From the IMG/VR virus record IMGVR_UViG_3300009103_002187, positions 15,765 through 79,764 of that record: a DNA stretch of 64,000 bases. One strand, 5' to 3'. Below are positions 38,579 through 48,314 of the stretch, one piece after another. The notes under the pieces were generated by a model. That model was not told the DNA's origin. It made no database searches and worked only from the letters and a program-made list of their open reading frames with translations. Made by a program: the position numbers and the translations under genes. Every line of letters starts with the position of its first letter. The first letter of the stretch is position 1. This stretch comes from a virus.

Positions 38579-39186
38579 AAACCCGTCTCCGTCTTAAGAT
38601 CCCAAGGGCCCCAGTGCTTATATTCTAATATCTTCTGACGAGCTTCTTCCCAAGAGTAACGATGTATATTACCCCCTTTAACAGTGGCGGCATTAGAAGA
38701 ACTAAATCCTGGTTGCCCCCACTTCGACATGTCAACTTCAATTTCTCCAATTCTTCCAAGCTGATAATATAAAAATTTGGGTATCTCAATGTCTCGACCA
38801 TTTGATTTATCAATAACAAGATCGCCCTTTTCGACCCAGGCATGTCCATACTTGATTCCCTCTAAGCGGCCCTGCCCAGTCACCTCTCCATGCACAAGAA
38901 TTAAATCACAGTGATCTGAGGTTAGCATACACAGATCCATTATGTATTTTCCAGCTGACTCATAACAATCACCGTTATCGGTATTTCTCGCCTCGTTGAT
39001 CTTTTGTTCAACCATTAAGCCCATATCTTTTAGCCACTTAACAATCTGATCATTGACAGAAGGCTCATACTCCCCTTCAGGCCAGCCTCCATGAGATGAG
39101 GGCTTGTCTAGGTGAAGATCTTTCTTCGTCCCTTTTTTATATGCATCATTGATAAGATCTCGAAGATCGTTTCGCTTAATCTTCAT
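38575..39186 (-). CDS. tag-bearing protein with a transglutaminase/papain-like Cys-His-Asp domain
   Basis: MKIKRNDLRDLIND; GDCY, HAWVE, VID. Confidence 0.55.
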   Translation of the reverse strand: MKIKRNDLRDLINDAYKKGTKKDLHLDKPSSHGGWPEGEYEPSVNDQIVKWLKDMGLMVEQKINEARNTDNGDCYESAGKYIMDLCMLTSDHCDLILVHGEVTGQGRLEGIKYGHAWVEKGDLVIDKSNGRDIEIPKFLYYQLGRIGEIEVDMSKWGQPGFSSSNAATVKGGNIHRYSWEEARQKILEYKHWGPWDLKTETGL

Positions 39187-39239
39187 TTTTAACCTTCTAG
39201 TTATTCACATATAATTATTTTTCTAAACAGTTTATTACG

Positions 39240-40226
39240 TCAATAAAAATCTATGAGATCTATTCCTTCTGACTTTGCTTTCTCAAGATGCATCAGAGGA
39301 TTATATTCGGCAGCCCCAGATAACTCTGAAATGCTTTCCCAAGATCTCTTTAAACCGTTATACAAACCATGTCTCGGAGTCCATCCTGAAGCATCTCTAA
39401 ACTTTTGAGAACTTAAAATATGATTACCCAGATAGTCAGTCTCAGGATGCCATTGTATAATTGAACCAATATCATATCCTGAAATTTCAGACATCATGTC
39501 AACAATTTCTCCAGTTACACACGGTGTCTCTGCCGCAACATTAAAATCATCATTCCACAATCCCAAGTGACAAGCAGTCGCAACTGCATCACAAAAATCA
39601 AAAACATGCATATAGTCCTTTTGCTTTTTTGGATCTAAAAACATGGCAAGATCTTTCACACCGTTTTTTACTGCAAAAAATGACTTTGCCATTAGCGAGT
39701 TCATATCACCTACACCCCCGTAAGCAAACAAGGGTCTGATGATCATCCATTTATCACAGTGAGATTTGACAATATGTTCTCCTGAAAGTTTAAGCGCACC
39801 ATAAAATGTTTTTGGTTGAAGAATGCTATCTTCAAAGATTGTAGAACTTTGATATAAATCAGTTTTGTAAATTACGGTTGTACCCATATAACAAACCGGT
39901 ATCTTCATCTCATTTGCTGCTCGGCAGATATTATAAGTTCCCGCGACATTTGTTAGTGTTGCATGATTTGAGTTTAATGCCACAACATCAGTTCCTACAA
40001 CGGCAGCATTATGAACAACCACATCAATGTTCAATCTAGAAAGAGCATCCTTCCATACCTCAGTATCATTTCGATAAACACAGGGCTCTAATGTTCCAAC
40101 AATCTTTTCAGTTAGACCATGATCATCTCGATTACATAGGGATACAACGTCATGACCCAAAGTTTTAAAGGACTGAAATAGATTGCTAGCGATAAAACCT
40201 TTCTCACCCGTCACTAATACTCTCAC
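39240..40226 (-). CDS. NAD-dependent epimerase/dehydratase
   Basis: VTGEKGFIA, HNAA, YGALK. Confidence 0.85.
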   Translation of the reverse strand: MRVLVTGEKGFIASNLFQSFKTLGHDVVSLCNRDDHGLTEKIVGTLEPCVYRNDTEVWKDALSRLNIDVVVHNAAVVGTDVVALNSNHATLTNVAGTYNICRAANEMKIPVCYMGTTVIYKTDLYQSSTIFEDSILQPKTFYGALKLSGEHIVKSHCDKWMIIRPLFAYGGVGDMNSLMAKSFFAVKNGVKDLAMFLDPKKQKDYMHVFDFCDAVATACHLGLWNDDFNVAAETPCVTGEIVDMMSEISGYDIGSIIQWHPETDYLGNHILSSQKFRDASGWTPRHGLYNGLKRSWESISELSGAAEYNPLMHLEKAKSEGIDLIDFY

Positions 40227-40284
40227 ATTAACTCCTATAATTTAATACTATTATAGGCTGTCAATCTTTAGATTTATAGGGTTT

Positions 40285-40830
40285 TTATCCGCAGCCACCG
40301 TCATCTTGAGGAAGTAATTGTGGCAACTCTCCACCCACTGGTGTGATGCCAACCGGCTCAGGCATCATTGTCATATCAGATCCTGCACCAGACAGCTCGG
40401 TCAAAAGAATACCAATCCAATCTAAAATATCAGATTCAGATGCACCTGATGATCGGATCATCTCAGCGGTCATTACAGGGCAAGGCATCGCCTTGCTATG
40501 CTCATGTCCCATCTCAGAAGATGAATCTGCAACACCTCCATCCATTCCTTCAGGACACTCAAGCTGCATAATTTCAGCAATACTTCCTGCCTTTATCCAG
40601 TTCTGTTTTCTTTCGAGATTTTCTCCGCTTCCCCACTTAGAAGTCTTCGACTTTATCTTTTTACTGTTCATCTTGTCCCAATCGACATCATTATGAACAT
40701 TTTGTCCACCTGCCCAAGCATCTTCCTGACGTTCAACTGAGGAAGGATGCTCATGAGCAAATGGATCATCAGTTGTCTTCTTTGCTTCTTCAATGATCAA
40801 GTTTCTAAGATAAGATCGTGTTAGCTTCAT
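40285..40830 (-). CDS. tag-bearing hypothetical protein
   Basis: MKLTRSYLRNLIIEEA. Confidence 0.7.
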   Translation of the reverse strand: MKLTRSYLRNLIIEEAKKTTDDPFAHEHPSSVERQEDAWAGGQNVHNDVDWDKMNSKKIKSKTSKWGSGENLERKQNWIKAGSIAEIMQLECPEGMDGGVADSSSEMGHEHSKAMPCPVMTAEMIRSSGASESDILDWIGILLTELSGAGSDMTMMPEPVGITPVGGELPQLLPQDDGGCG

Positions 40831-40881
40831 TTTATCAACCCTGTAGATTACCTTAATATATATGCCCTATTATTAAGAAAT

Positions 40882-41070
40882 TTATAACTTAGGATTTGCT
40901 TCAATCATTACTCTTTTCGATTTTATATCGACAATTCGTATTAAATCTGACATGCATGTGGGCCCTACACAAATTATCATATCAGCTTTTTTGGCAGAAG
41001 AATAAAACATTCCTCCGCAGTCTCTACACTCACACACATAGGTTCTCTCAACAGTCGTCTTAATTTTCAT
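40882..41070 (-). CDS. small zinc-ribbon protein
   Basis: CRDC...C....C; AGGAG RBS. Confidence 0.6.
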   Translation of the reverse strand: MKIKTTVERTYVCECRDCGGMFYSSAKKADMIICVGPTCMSDLIRIVDIKSKRVMIEANPKL

Positions 41071-41082
41071 TGTTTCGCTCCT

Positions 41083-41109
41083 AAAAAAAACCTCGGGGGT
41101 TACCCGAGG
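41083..41109 (-). terminator. rho-independent terminator after the glutamine synthetase gene
   Basis: cctcggg/cccgagg stem followed by T8 on the - strand. Confidence 0.85.
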
Positions 41110-41135
41110 CTTTACATATTCTAGATTAGATATTT

Positions 41136-42200
41136 TTACTTGTAATTAAGACAGATAGTTTCTAACAACAGCCTTGTAACCACATAAGGGTCACAATTTG
41201 CATTAGGGCGACGATCTTCTAAATAGCCGCTTTCCTTATTTGCAACTGCCCTTGGAATTCGAATAGACGCAGTCCTATCTGCAATGCCCCAACGAAAATC
41301 CTCATAAGAACAAGTCTCATGTTCACCTGTTAGCCTCAGTTCAATGCCTTCACCATAACCCGAAAGATGAGCTTCAGTTCTACCTTGAAGCTTCTTACAT
41401 GCCTGTTCAATATGACTTAAGCCTCCGGGTTGTCTCATTCTATTTGTGCTAAAGTTAGTATGACATCCAGCACCATTCCAATCTCCCATCATCGGTTTTG
41501 GTTCAAAAGTCACAGTCATTCCAGACTTTTCAGAAATCTTCAAGAGAAGCCAGCGAGAAAGCCAGATTTGATCACTCACATCAACAGCACCGACATTGGG
41601 ACCACCAATCTGATATTCCCATTGTCCTGGCATCACTTCTGCATTTGTTCCAGTGATGTCAAGGCCTGCATGAATACACACATACAGATGATTATCTGAG
41701 ACCTCTCTTCCAAATGCTCGATCACCTCCTGCGCTACAATAATAAATTCCCTGTGGTGACGGATAACCCGTTGGAGGAAAACCTAAAGGGCGTTTATCTT
41801 TGCAAATTGTATACTCTTGTTCTAAACCAAACCACGGATCACTATCACTAGTGTCTGCTGCCACTTGACTCAAAAGTCTTCGATAGTTTGTTTTGTGGGG
41901 AGACCCATCTCCATTTAAGACCTCACACAAAACAATAAAAGCGGTATTATCACCACGAACTGCGTCAGGAATTACCTTTACTGGTGACAGTAAACAATCT
42001 GAATCTCCTCCTGACGCCTGACCTGTTGATGATCCATCGAAGCCCCATTCAGGTAGACATGTATGATCCATGGTCTCTCTAAGGTATTTAAAATCTCCCA
42101 GAGGAAGTGTATGAACACCAATCTTAGATCTTAGTCCCCAGGGAGTAAATCCGTCTATCCAGACATACTCAAGCTTTACTTTGACTAAATTACTATTCAT
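41136..42200 (-). CDS. glnII: glutamine synthetase type II
   Basis: EYVWIDG, LRSK, FDGSST, NAEVMPGQWEYQ, DWNGAGCHTNFS, YLEDRRP. Confidence 0.93.
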   Translation of the reverse strand: MNSNLVKVKLEYVWIDGFTPWGLRSKIGVHTLPLGDFKYLRETMDHTCLPEWGFDGSSTGQASGGDSDCLLSPVKVIPDAVRGDNTAFIVLCEVLNGDGSPHKTNYRRLLSQVAADTSDSDPWFGLEQEYTICKDKRPLGFPPTGYPSPQGIYYCSAGGDRAFGREVSDNHLYVCIHAGLDITGTNAEVMPGQWEYQIGGPNVGAVDVSDQIWLSRWLLLKISEKSGMTVTFEPKPMMGDWNGAGCHTNFSTNRMRQPGGLSHIEQACKKLQGRTEAHLSGYGEGIELRLTGEHETCSYEDFRWGIADRTASIRIPRAVANKESGYLEDRRPNANCDPYVVTRLLLETICLNYK

Positions 42201-42640
42201 TACTCTATGCTTCCATAGTAAGGCTCATAAAGCAACTCACCAACTTCAGCACAGCGCTCGAGATAATCATCAAGATCTTCGATAGAAGTACACACCTTAA
42301 TTCCAGACTGTGCTAACATTAGATTGAATGTTGCGCCCGAAGGCAATCCTGAACAAAAATAGACAATCGGAGTATCTGATTGAAATGCTACACCTGCTTC
42401 AAAAATACTTCCCATATCTTTGTCGCGTGTATTACAAATCACAAAATCGTTTCCAAGAATATGTTTTACGTTCCCTTCAAACGTTGCTTTTTGTGTCTTT
42501 AAGTCTGCCGTAGGAGGACAGACAAAAAAATCCTTTGGAGAAAAATACTCAAACTGATGTTTTGTCAGCATCTCCTTGATCATTTCAACTTCTTCAAAAG
42601 CTGGTGGTGTGAACCAAGAACTTGCGATATATGCTTTCAT
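42200..42640 (-). CDS. nucleoside 2-deoxyribosyltransferase / N-glycosidase family protein
   Basis: YIASSWF, DMGSIFEAG, NLML. Confidence 0.8.
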   Translation of the reverse strand: MKAYIASSWFTPPAFEEVEMIKEMLTKHQFEYFSPKDFFVCPPTADLKTQKATFEGNVKHILGNDFVICNTRDKDMGSIFEAGVAFQSDTPIVYFCSGLPSGATFNLMLAQSGIKVCTSIEDLDDYLERCAEVGELLYEPYYGSIE

Positions 42641-42652
42641 TTTTATTTCCTT

Positions 42653-43633
42653 TTAATTAAAGCGATTTTGATACTCTTCTTCAAGCAAGCTAATCTCACT
42701 TATAATAGAGTTCCAGAGTTGTCTAAACTTAGTGTTACCATCACACTCATCATCGGGTGGGCTTGTCCCGTTTAGATCATAACGGTATCCTTGATAGATA
42801 GTGTCATTAGGGTGATACTCAATGTGCTCAGCGCTATCGTCATCAGGCCAGTAAAGATTTGTTCCAGTTCCTGACCTGAGATTCTTAATATAATGCCACG
42901 CTGGACTTGTCAATGTTTTTGATCCAATGACAGCGCTAGCTTCGGGAAGAACCTTAATGATTTCAAGGGCCATTTTTGCTGCAATTAAATTATCAACAGC
43001 AGGCTGAATCTGCTTATCTGACCGTTGTTTAATAAACCCGATAATATCTTTTAGATTAAATCGACCATAGTAAAATGTGGACAGACATTTTGGAAGAATG
43101 GTTCTTGCGTCCATCATAGAAATCTTCTTGGAATCAACCATGTCAGCGTAAAGCTGCTTTCCATCTTCTACATGTCGCTGCCATCGTCGATAAAGCTCTG
43201 GGCTATTTTCCACTGAGCTGGGAACAAGACAAGGTTCATGGTGAAGAAAACGATCTCCCGTACACTGCGCTGCCCATGATCCCGCACGATGTCGAATCAA
43301 GTGGGTCACAGTTTGAAGATCAATTCCTGCAAACTTAAAGGTGAAGCTAAAAATCTCCATCGGAGTTGGCAAAGCACGAAAACAAAGAACATCTTCAAGA
43401 TTTTCGCTTAACTCAATAGCTGAAGCACCGTCAGGGTTAGTAAAATCAGGAGTATCAGCCCATGTTGCCTTCACAAACCTCCAAGCAACATCTCGCATCT
43501 GTTCAGCTGTGGGATGATCTACAAGTTCAACTTGTAAAGCATTTAAATCATTTAAAAATTCCGTAGTTGGTTCCTCATCAAAACGAAGGGTCATGGGAAG
43601 AACGACAGGATCAAGATCAGTATTTTGTGCCAA
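42653..43633 (-). CDS. thyX: ThyX-like flavin-dependent thymidylate synthase (non-canonical motif)
   Basis: HLIRHRAGSWAAQCTGDR, DARTILP. Confidence 0.75.
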   Translation of the reverse strand: MAQNTDLDPVVLPMTLRFDEEPTTEFLNDLNALQVELVDHPTAEQMRDVAWRFVKATWADTPDFTNPDGASAIELSENLEDVLCFRALPTPMEIFSFTFKFAGIDLQTVTHLIRHRAGSWAAQCTGDRFLHHEPCLVPSSVENSPELYRRWQRHVEDGKQLYADMVDSKKISMMDARTILPKCLSTFYYGRFNLKDIIGFIKQRSDKQIQPAVDNLIAAKMALEIIKVLPEASAVIGSKTLTSPAWHYIKNLRSGTGTNLYWPDDDSAEHIEYHPNDTIYQGYRYDLNGTSPPDDECDGNTKFRQLWNSIISEISLLEEEYQNRFN

Positions 43634-43634
43634 T

Positions 43635-44603
43635 TTATTTCTCCTTATTGATCAAATTATGCACTAAACTATAAACTTCAGAAACGTCTTTGTACACAGA
43701 CACTCCAGAAATATTTGATAATTCTTTATTATAACTTTTAGCAGGTGAAAGGACTTCGATACCATGCTTAGCGTACTCTGAAGAATGCTTGGCAGAGTCA
43801 TCAATTGCGCACACAACCTTGTCAGCATCATAAAAATCCTTTTGAACTAGCCACCTAAATTTTTCAGGAGAAAAATCAAGATGATGAAACCTTACGCCTG
43901 CATTGGAAATCCAATAGAATGTGTCATATAAACAAGTTAAGTTTTCCTTTGGTCTCGCTGTGATTATCTGAATCCAAAAACCCTCATTGTAAAATGTGTT
44001 AATCAAGTCAATCATCTCCTGATTCTTGCTAATCTTGCGCAAACCTCTATCTGAAATAAACTCTTGAAAAACGCCCTCTGGCAAAAATCCAGCTTCTTTT
44101 ACCTCTTTTGTGCTATAATACTCTGTTGATTCGGGATCAACACTAATTCCCTTTTTATCGCGCAACCAATCAGTAAAATCTTCTCTAAAATTATTAAGAA
44201 CATCGTCCATGTCAACTAAAAGAACAGGCTTATTATTCCAGACATTCTTTTCCATCTCATGACGAACATGAAGATAAAGATCTTTATCCCAAAATGCCCT
44301 AATAAAGTCTTCAGTGCTAAAGTCCCACATATTGAGAATCGCCAACAAATAACGAAAAGCATCAATTGACTTATATAAGATCTTATCAGTGTCAATATCA
44401 TGCTTAATAAGTCGATGATCTTTAAAATTAACAGAAGTTGCAAGTCCTGTGGCTTCAGCGTGCAAAGCCAGAGAAAATGATTTAGTCATCTCTTCCTTTT
44501 GTCTATCAGACATCTTATCTTTGTCAAAGAATAAAGATGAAAATTCATCCTGTCTCTCCAACATTGTCTTTAGCAAAAGGATATCTTTTTCTTTATTACT
44601 CAA
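43635..44603 (-). CDS. all-alpha NTP-pyrophosphatase-like domain fused to a 5'(3')-nucleotidase HAD domain
   Basis: degenerate dUTPase/MazG N-half resembling the neighbouring gene; LVDMDDVL, ITAR, IDD. Confidence 0.7.
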   Translation of the reverse strand: MSNKEKDILLLKTMLERQDEFSSLFFDKDKMSDRQKEEMTKSFSLALHAEATGLATSVNFKDHRLIKHDIDTDKILYKSIDAFRYLLAILNMWDFSTEDFIRAFWDKDLYLHVRHEMEKNVWNNKPVLLVDMDDVLNNFREDFTDWLRDKKGISVDPESTEYYSTKEVKEAGFLPEGVFQEFISDRGLRKISKNQEMIDLINTFYNEGFWIQIITARPKENLTCLYDTFYWISNAGVRFHHLDFSPEKFRWLVQKDFYDADKVVCAIDDSAKHSSEYAKHGIEVLSPAKSYNKELSNISGVSVYKDVSEVYSLVHNLINKEK

Positions 44604-44618
44604 AAGAACATCCTCTAA

Positions 44619-44993
44619 TTAGTATCCCTCTAGAAGTCGCTGATGTATAATTTTATCTTTCTTTTCATACGCTTCAAAAAGATCTTCAGCAGTAACTCCT
44701 GTCAAAATTAATAGTGAAAAAAAGTAATTGAAAGCATCTACGACTTCCTCAAGAAACTCGTCTTGATTAAACTCCTTGATCTCAGTCACCCTATGAGGCT
44801 TCCAGTTTTTAAGATGACCAAGTGCCTCAAACATTTCCTCAACCCCCCGTAATGCGATATCTCGAACAAACTGTTGGTTCTTCTTAGACGTCAGATCTAA
44901 TGGCCAAGAAGGATGAGATTCGGGAACCCTAGCTTTTAGCTTTTGCATAAATCTTTCTCTCATCTCAAACATTTCTGAAAGCTGATCACTCAT
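44619..44993 (-). CDS. dimeric dUTPase/MazG-like pyrophosphatase
   Basis: EEMFE, WKPH, EEVVD. Confidence 0.8.
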   Translation of the reverse strand: MSDQLSEMFEMRERFMQKLKARVPESHPSWPLDLTSKKNQQFVRDIALRGVEEMFEALGHLKNWKPHRVTEIKEFNQDEFLEEVVDAFNYFFSLLILTGVTAEDLFEAYEKKDKIIHQRLLEGY

Positions 44994-45247
44994 TATTCAT
45001 CCTTTAGCGGTGATTCATCTTCACCTACATCTTGTTCAGAAAGATTTGCCACCTCTTCCATTAATCGTTCAAGGCCTTCCTCAAACTGTTTTGAATACTC
45101 CTTGGTGGGAATTAATGTTTCACCATCAAGTGTCTTTTCAAAACGCATCAACCTCAAATTGTCAATAACGTCAGTGCCTGTCAAGATTGCAATCTGTAGT
45201 AGCTTTGCAACTTGAATAATAGCGTCATCAGATAATTTTAAACTCAT
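44993..45247 (-). CDS. hypothetical protein
   Basis: ATG at 45247 after AAGGAAG. Confidence 0.65.
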   Translation of the reverse strand: MSLKLSDDAIIQVAKLLQIAILTGTDVIDNLRLMRFEKTLDGETLIPTKEYSKQFEEGLERLMEEVANLSEQDVGEDESPLKDE

Positions 45248-45260
45248 TTTAACTTCCTTT

Positions 45261-46064
45261 TTAATGTTGAACTGCAGGTGACCAGTGGGTTGTTCGCTTA
45301 TCTTTGGTTGTTTCTTTGATAACCTCATTTCCCTTTGGATCCTGCTTACGATTATAAACCAAAAACTTTTCCCCGTATTCCCCTAATGACCCATCAAAAT
45401 TCTTATAAGAATAGATTGTGGCCCCGCCTGAATCAAAGCTAGTCTTCATAATTTTATGAATATTGTGATTTAAATCAACTAAATCTTGATCAGAAAGAGA
45501 AGAAACCTGTCGATGGGGAGAGATTCCTGTCAGCCACAGTGCATCAGCCTTTATATAGTTTCCTACTCCTGCAACAACCTTTTGATCCATTATCACCTCA
45601 GTGATGTTTTTATGATTTTTAGATCGTAATCTTTCAATGAAAAGATCATTATCACATTTTTCAGCAAGCAAATCAGGACCTAAGCTTGACAGTTTATCAA
45701 TCAAAGGTTTTCTTCCCTCAACAAATTTTAACGTTCCAAAATTTCTAGTATCATTATAGTAAACATCACCGTCATTTAGTGAAAATCTAACTCTGGAATT
45801 TTTTTGACGATTATCTGACCATGCACCTGTCAAACCTAACGTGCACCAAATTGACATGTCATTTTCAATAATCCAATATAAAAACTTTCCATGAACACCG
45901 ACACCAACAATGCGACTTGGAAGCTTGGCACGAAAATCACCGATACCTGACGGATCTTTCTTTAGATACCTCCCAGATAAAATTGTGACAGAGCTCAAGG
46001 CACGAGACGACGCTCGCTTAGCTAAATCGATCCCATACTTCCTAACTTCTGGTCCTTCAGGCAT
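45261..46064 (-). CDS. Fpg/Nei family DNA glycosylase
   Basis: N-terminal PEGPE, GKF, DTRNFG, LGPD, GVGNYIK; no C4 zinc finger. Confidence 0.92.
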   Translation of the reverse strand: MPEGPEVRKYGIDLAKRASSRALSSVTILSGRYLKKDPSGIGDFRAKLPSRIVGVGVHGKFLYWIIENDMSIWCTLGLTGAWSDNRQKNSRVRFSLNDGDVYYNDTRNFGTLKFVEGRKPLIDKLSSLGPDLLAEKCDNDLFIERLRSKNHKNITEVIMDQKVVAGVGNYIKADALWLTGISPHRQVSSLSDQDLVDLNHNIHKIMKTSFDSGGATIYSYKNFDGSLGEYGEKFLVYNRKQDPKGNEVIKETTKDKRTTHWSPAVQH

Positions 46065-46126
46065 TTCTTTGTGTATTTCCTAACGTATTTACAGTATTAT
46101 TATAAGTACATTATAGGAGATGTTCA

Positions 46127-46810
46127 ATGAAAAGAGTGATCATTTCTGACACTCACATCGGCACAAAATTCTACAAAGCAGAGGAGCTGCTAAATTTTCT
46201 AGCATCTGAAACTTATGATCAGCTTATCTTGGCCGGAGATATCATTGACTTTATTAAAATTCCTGTTTTCACTGAGCGCTGTCTCAGAATAGTTGAAACA
46301 ATTAGCGAACAAAAAGATGTTATCTATATCGTGGGAAATCATGATGAAAGCTTGATCAATGTTGCTGGCAAATCATTAAAAAATATTACATTTGTAAAAA
46401 GATACGATTTTGAAGATGGTGGAAGAAAATTCAGAATAGAGCACGGTGATGCCTATGACAAAGGCGCATTAGCTAATCGAGTGTTCGTAAAACTTTTATC
46501 TGTTATTCAAAATATGCTTGAGTTCACCTTTAACTTTGATTTCACAACATGGTGGACTGAAATTCAAATTAAAAAGCATAAACTAAGAAGCATCATTAAC
46601 ATTCTTCGGCATCATCCAAAGATTGACGTTTTTATTATGGGTCACACTCATATTCCAGAAGCTTTAATTTGGGTAGATGAAGATCAAAATATCAAAACTT
46701 ATATTAACGCCGGAGACTGGGTCACACACCAAACATACGTCACAGTAATAGACGGTGTTTCTAGATTAAGAAAATTTAATCACGAGAAGAAATCTTCACA
46801 AGATCACTAA
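46127..46810 (+). CDS. metallophosphoesterase (LpxH-like)
   Basis: SDTHIG, GDIID, GNHD, HGD, GHTH, NAGDW. Confidence 0.85.
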   Translation: MKRVIISDTHIGTKFYKAEELLNFLASETYDQLILAGDIIDFIKIPVFTERCLRIVETISEQKDVIYIVGNHDESLINVAGKSLKNITFVKRYDFEDGGRKFRIEHGDAYDKGALANRVFVKLLSVIQNMLEFTFNFDFTTWWTEIQIKKHKLRSIINILRHHPKIDVFIMGHTHIPEALIWVDEDQNIKTYINAGDWVTHQTYVTVIDGVSRLRKFNHEKKSSQDH

Positions 46811-47036
46811 TTGGAATTGATTCAATTTTTCCTGTCTGAAGAAGAACGTTTCCCAATCTCGATGTCCCAGGGACACGATTTTTATCCCAGCCCACTAAAA
46901 TTCCTATTAATCGCTCCCGCAAATCTAACTCTGACCCTTCAGGTATCGTTAAAAACATATCCCATCTTTGAGGCTTTAAAAAAAAGACAAGATCACCGAT
47001 TCCTATTTTAAATTTCTTTTTTATCTTTGTTGCCAT
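46776..47036 (-). CDS. hypothetical protein (SH3/KOW-like)
   Basis: IGDLV motif, 86 aa. Confidence 0.5.
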   Translation of the reverse strand: MATKIKKKFKIGIGDLVFFLKPQRWDMFLTIPEGSELDLRERLIGILVGWDKNRVPGTSRLGNVLLQTGKIESIPISDLVKISSRD

Positions 47037-47044
47037 TTTCTAGA

Positions 47045-47497
47045 TTATTCAAGACACTTAAAATCGTCTTTGAGGCGGTCACCGATCTCTTCATACTGAT
47101 TTAATTCAGCAGTAAATGAACCCAAGCCAAAATCAAATTCTATCAATGCTGAATCTTCTGATAATTGAGACTTTACACACTGAGAACCTATCAATAAGCA
47201 GTCAGTTATCATCTCATCTTCCCCAAAATAATAATTTCCAAAAACTTCAGTTGATTCACACGGACGAGTTTCATACTCATCTTGTATGATATAGATTCCC
47301 TCCGTGTGATAAATCCAACCAGTCAAATAATCATCCTCATCCTGAAAAAGCTGGAGATGCATATTTGTATCAATTTCAACCCACCCTGGATTATTTTGAT
47401 ACACATTTCCCGACCACATGCCCGGCAGGAGACAAATATCGTCACATATTACCGTCTCTGAAAAACAGCCCATAAGGAAAAACATAAGGAAAAACAC
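47045..47497 (-). CDS. putative lipoprotein
   Basis: FFLMFFLMGC lipobox; ATAGTTA at 47503-47509. Confidence 0.6.
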   Translation of the reverse strand: MFFLMFFLMGCFSETVICDDICLLPGMWSGNVYQNNPGWVEIDTNMHLQLFQDEDDYLTGWIYHTEGIYIIQDEYETRPCESTEVFGNYYFGEDEMITDCLLIGSQCVKSQLSEDSALIEFDFGLGSFTAELNQYEEIGDRLKDDFKCLE

Positions 47498-47508
47498 GGC
47501 TATAACTA

Positions 47509-47940
47509 TTAGTTCTCGCCAAATGTCTCCTTTAAAAAGCTATGATAATTGCTTAACGCCCTATCTTTTGGCTCTACGTTTCGCCATTCACCCACACAAA
47601 ATATTTGATAAGCATCAGAAGCATACTTTCCAATCCCATAAAGAACCTTAGGATCTTCTTTCCAGTTCTTTTTAAGGTAGCCATCAGACATTTGAATCAA
47701 TGTATTTGCACGCCTTTTAGACAATCCTAAGGGTTGTATCATTTCCTGAACTTCAAATAAATTAGCTTTAGCTGCCTGCTTGGGACCCGAATATTTCTTA
47801 AAAAATTTCCACAAATAGGGTTCGGCATCGACCCTTCTAGTTAAATTGCAAAAAATACAAGCAACAAATATTTTCCAAGGATCGTGATACAAATGTTCCT
47901 GAATTAGATTGTATGGTGACTTTGGTGGAATCCACGACAT
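47509..47940 (-). CDS. MBD4-like HhH-GPD mismatch DNA glycosylase
   Basis: WIPPKSPYNLIQE.LYHDPWK, PLGL, LYGIGKYASDAY. Confidence 0.88.
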   Translation of the reverse strand: MSWIPPKSPYNLIQEHLYHDPWKIFVACIFCNLTRRVDAEPYLWKFFKKYSGPKQAAKANLFEVQEMIQPLGLSKRRANTLIQMSDGYLKKNWKEDPKVLYGIGKYASDAYQIFCVGEWRNVEPKDRALSNYHSFLKETFGEN

Positions 47941-47987
47941 AGTAATATTATAAAGAGAAAAATAGAAGAATTACATTACAATTTCTA

Positions 47988-48314
47988 TTAAAACGAAAAA
48001 GACTCTCCACATCCGCAGCTTCTTTTTGCTGAGGGAATATTAAATTCTAGACCTGATTTAAGAAGGTCTTCCTTGTAGTCTATCTCCATTCCATTAAGAT
48101 AGATGTATGACTTAAGATCAACGCAGAGCTTAACATCATTAAATTCAAAAATCTTATCCTTTTCATCAGGAACAGAGATAAAGCTATAATCAAACATAAA
48201 GCCAGAACAACCTCCTCCTCTGAGGCTGATTTTAAGATAGTCATCAGGAGTTTGACGCTTTCGAAGAAGCCTTGATATATGCTCAACAGCGACATCTGTC
48301 ATTGTTACTGCCAT
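47988..48314 (-). CDS. iscA: A-type Fe-S carrier IscA/HesB
   Basis: GGGCSG and SCGCGESF. Confidence 0.92.
   Translation of the reverse strand: MAVTMTDVAVEHISRLLRKRQTPDDYLKISLRGGGCSGFMFDYSFISVPDEKDKIFEFNDVKLCVDLKSYIYLNGMEIDYKEDLLKSGLEFNIPSAKRSCGCGESFSF

Noticed and set aside
47471-47494. 12-bp duplication cataaggaaaaa x2
   Set aside because: Encodes FFLM twice in a signal peptide; too short to imply a system
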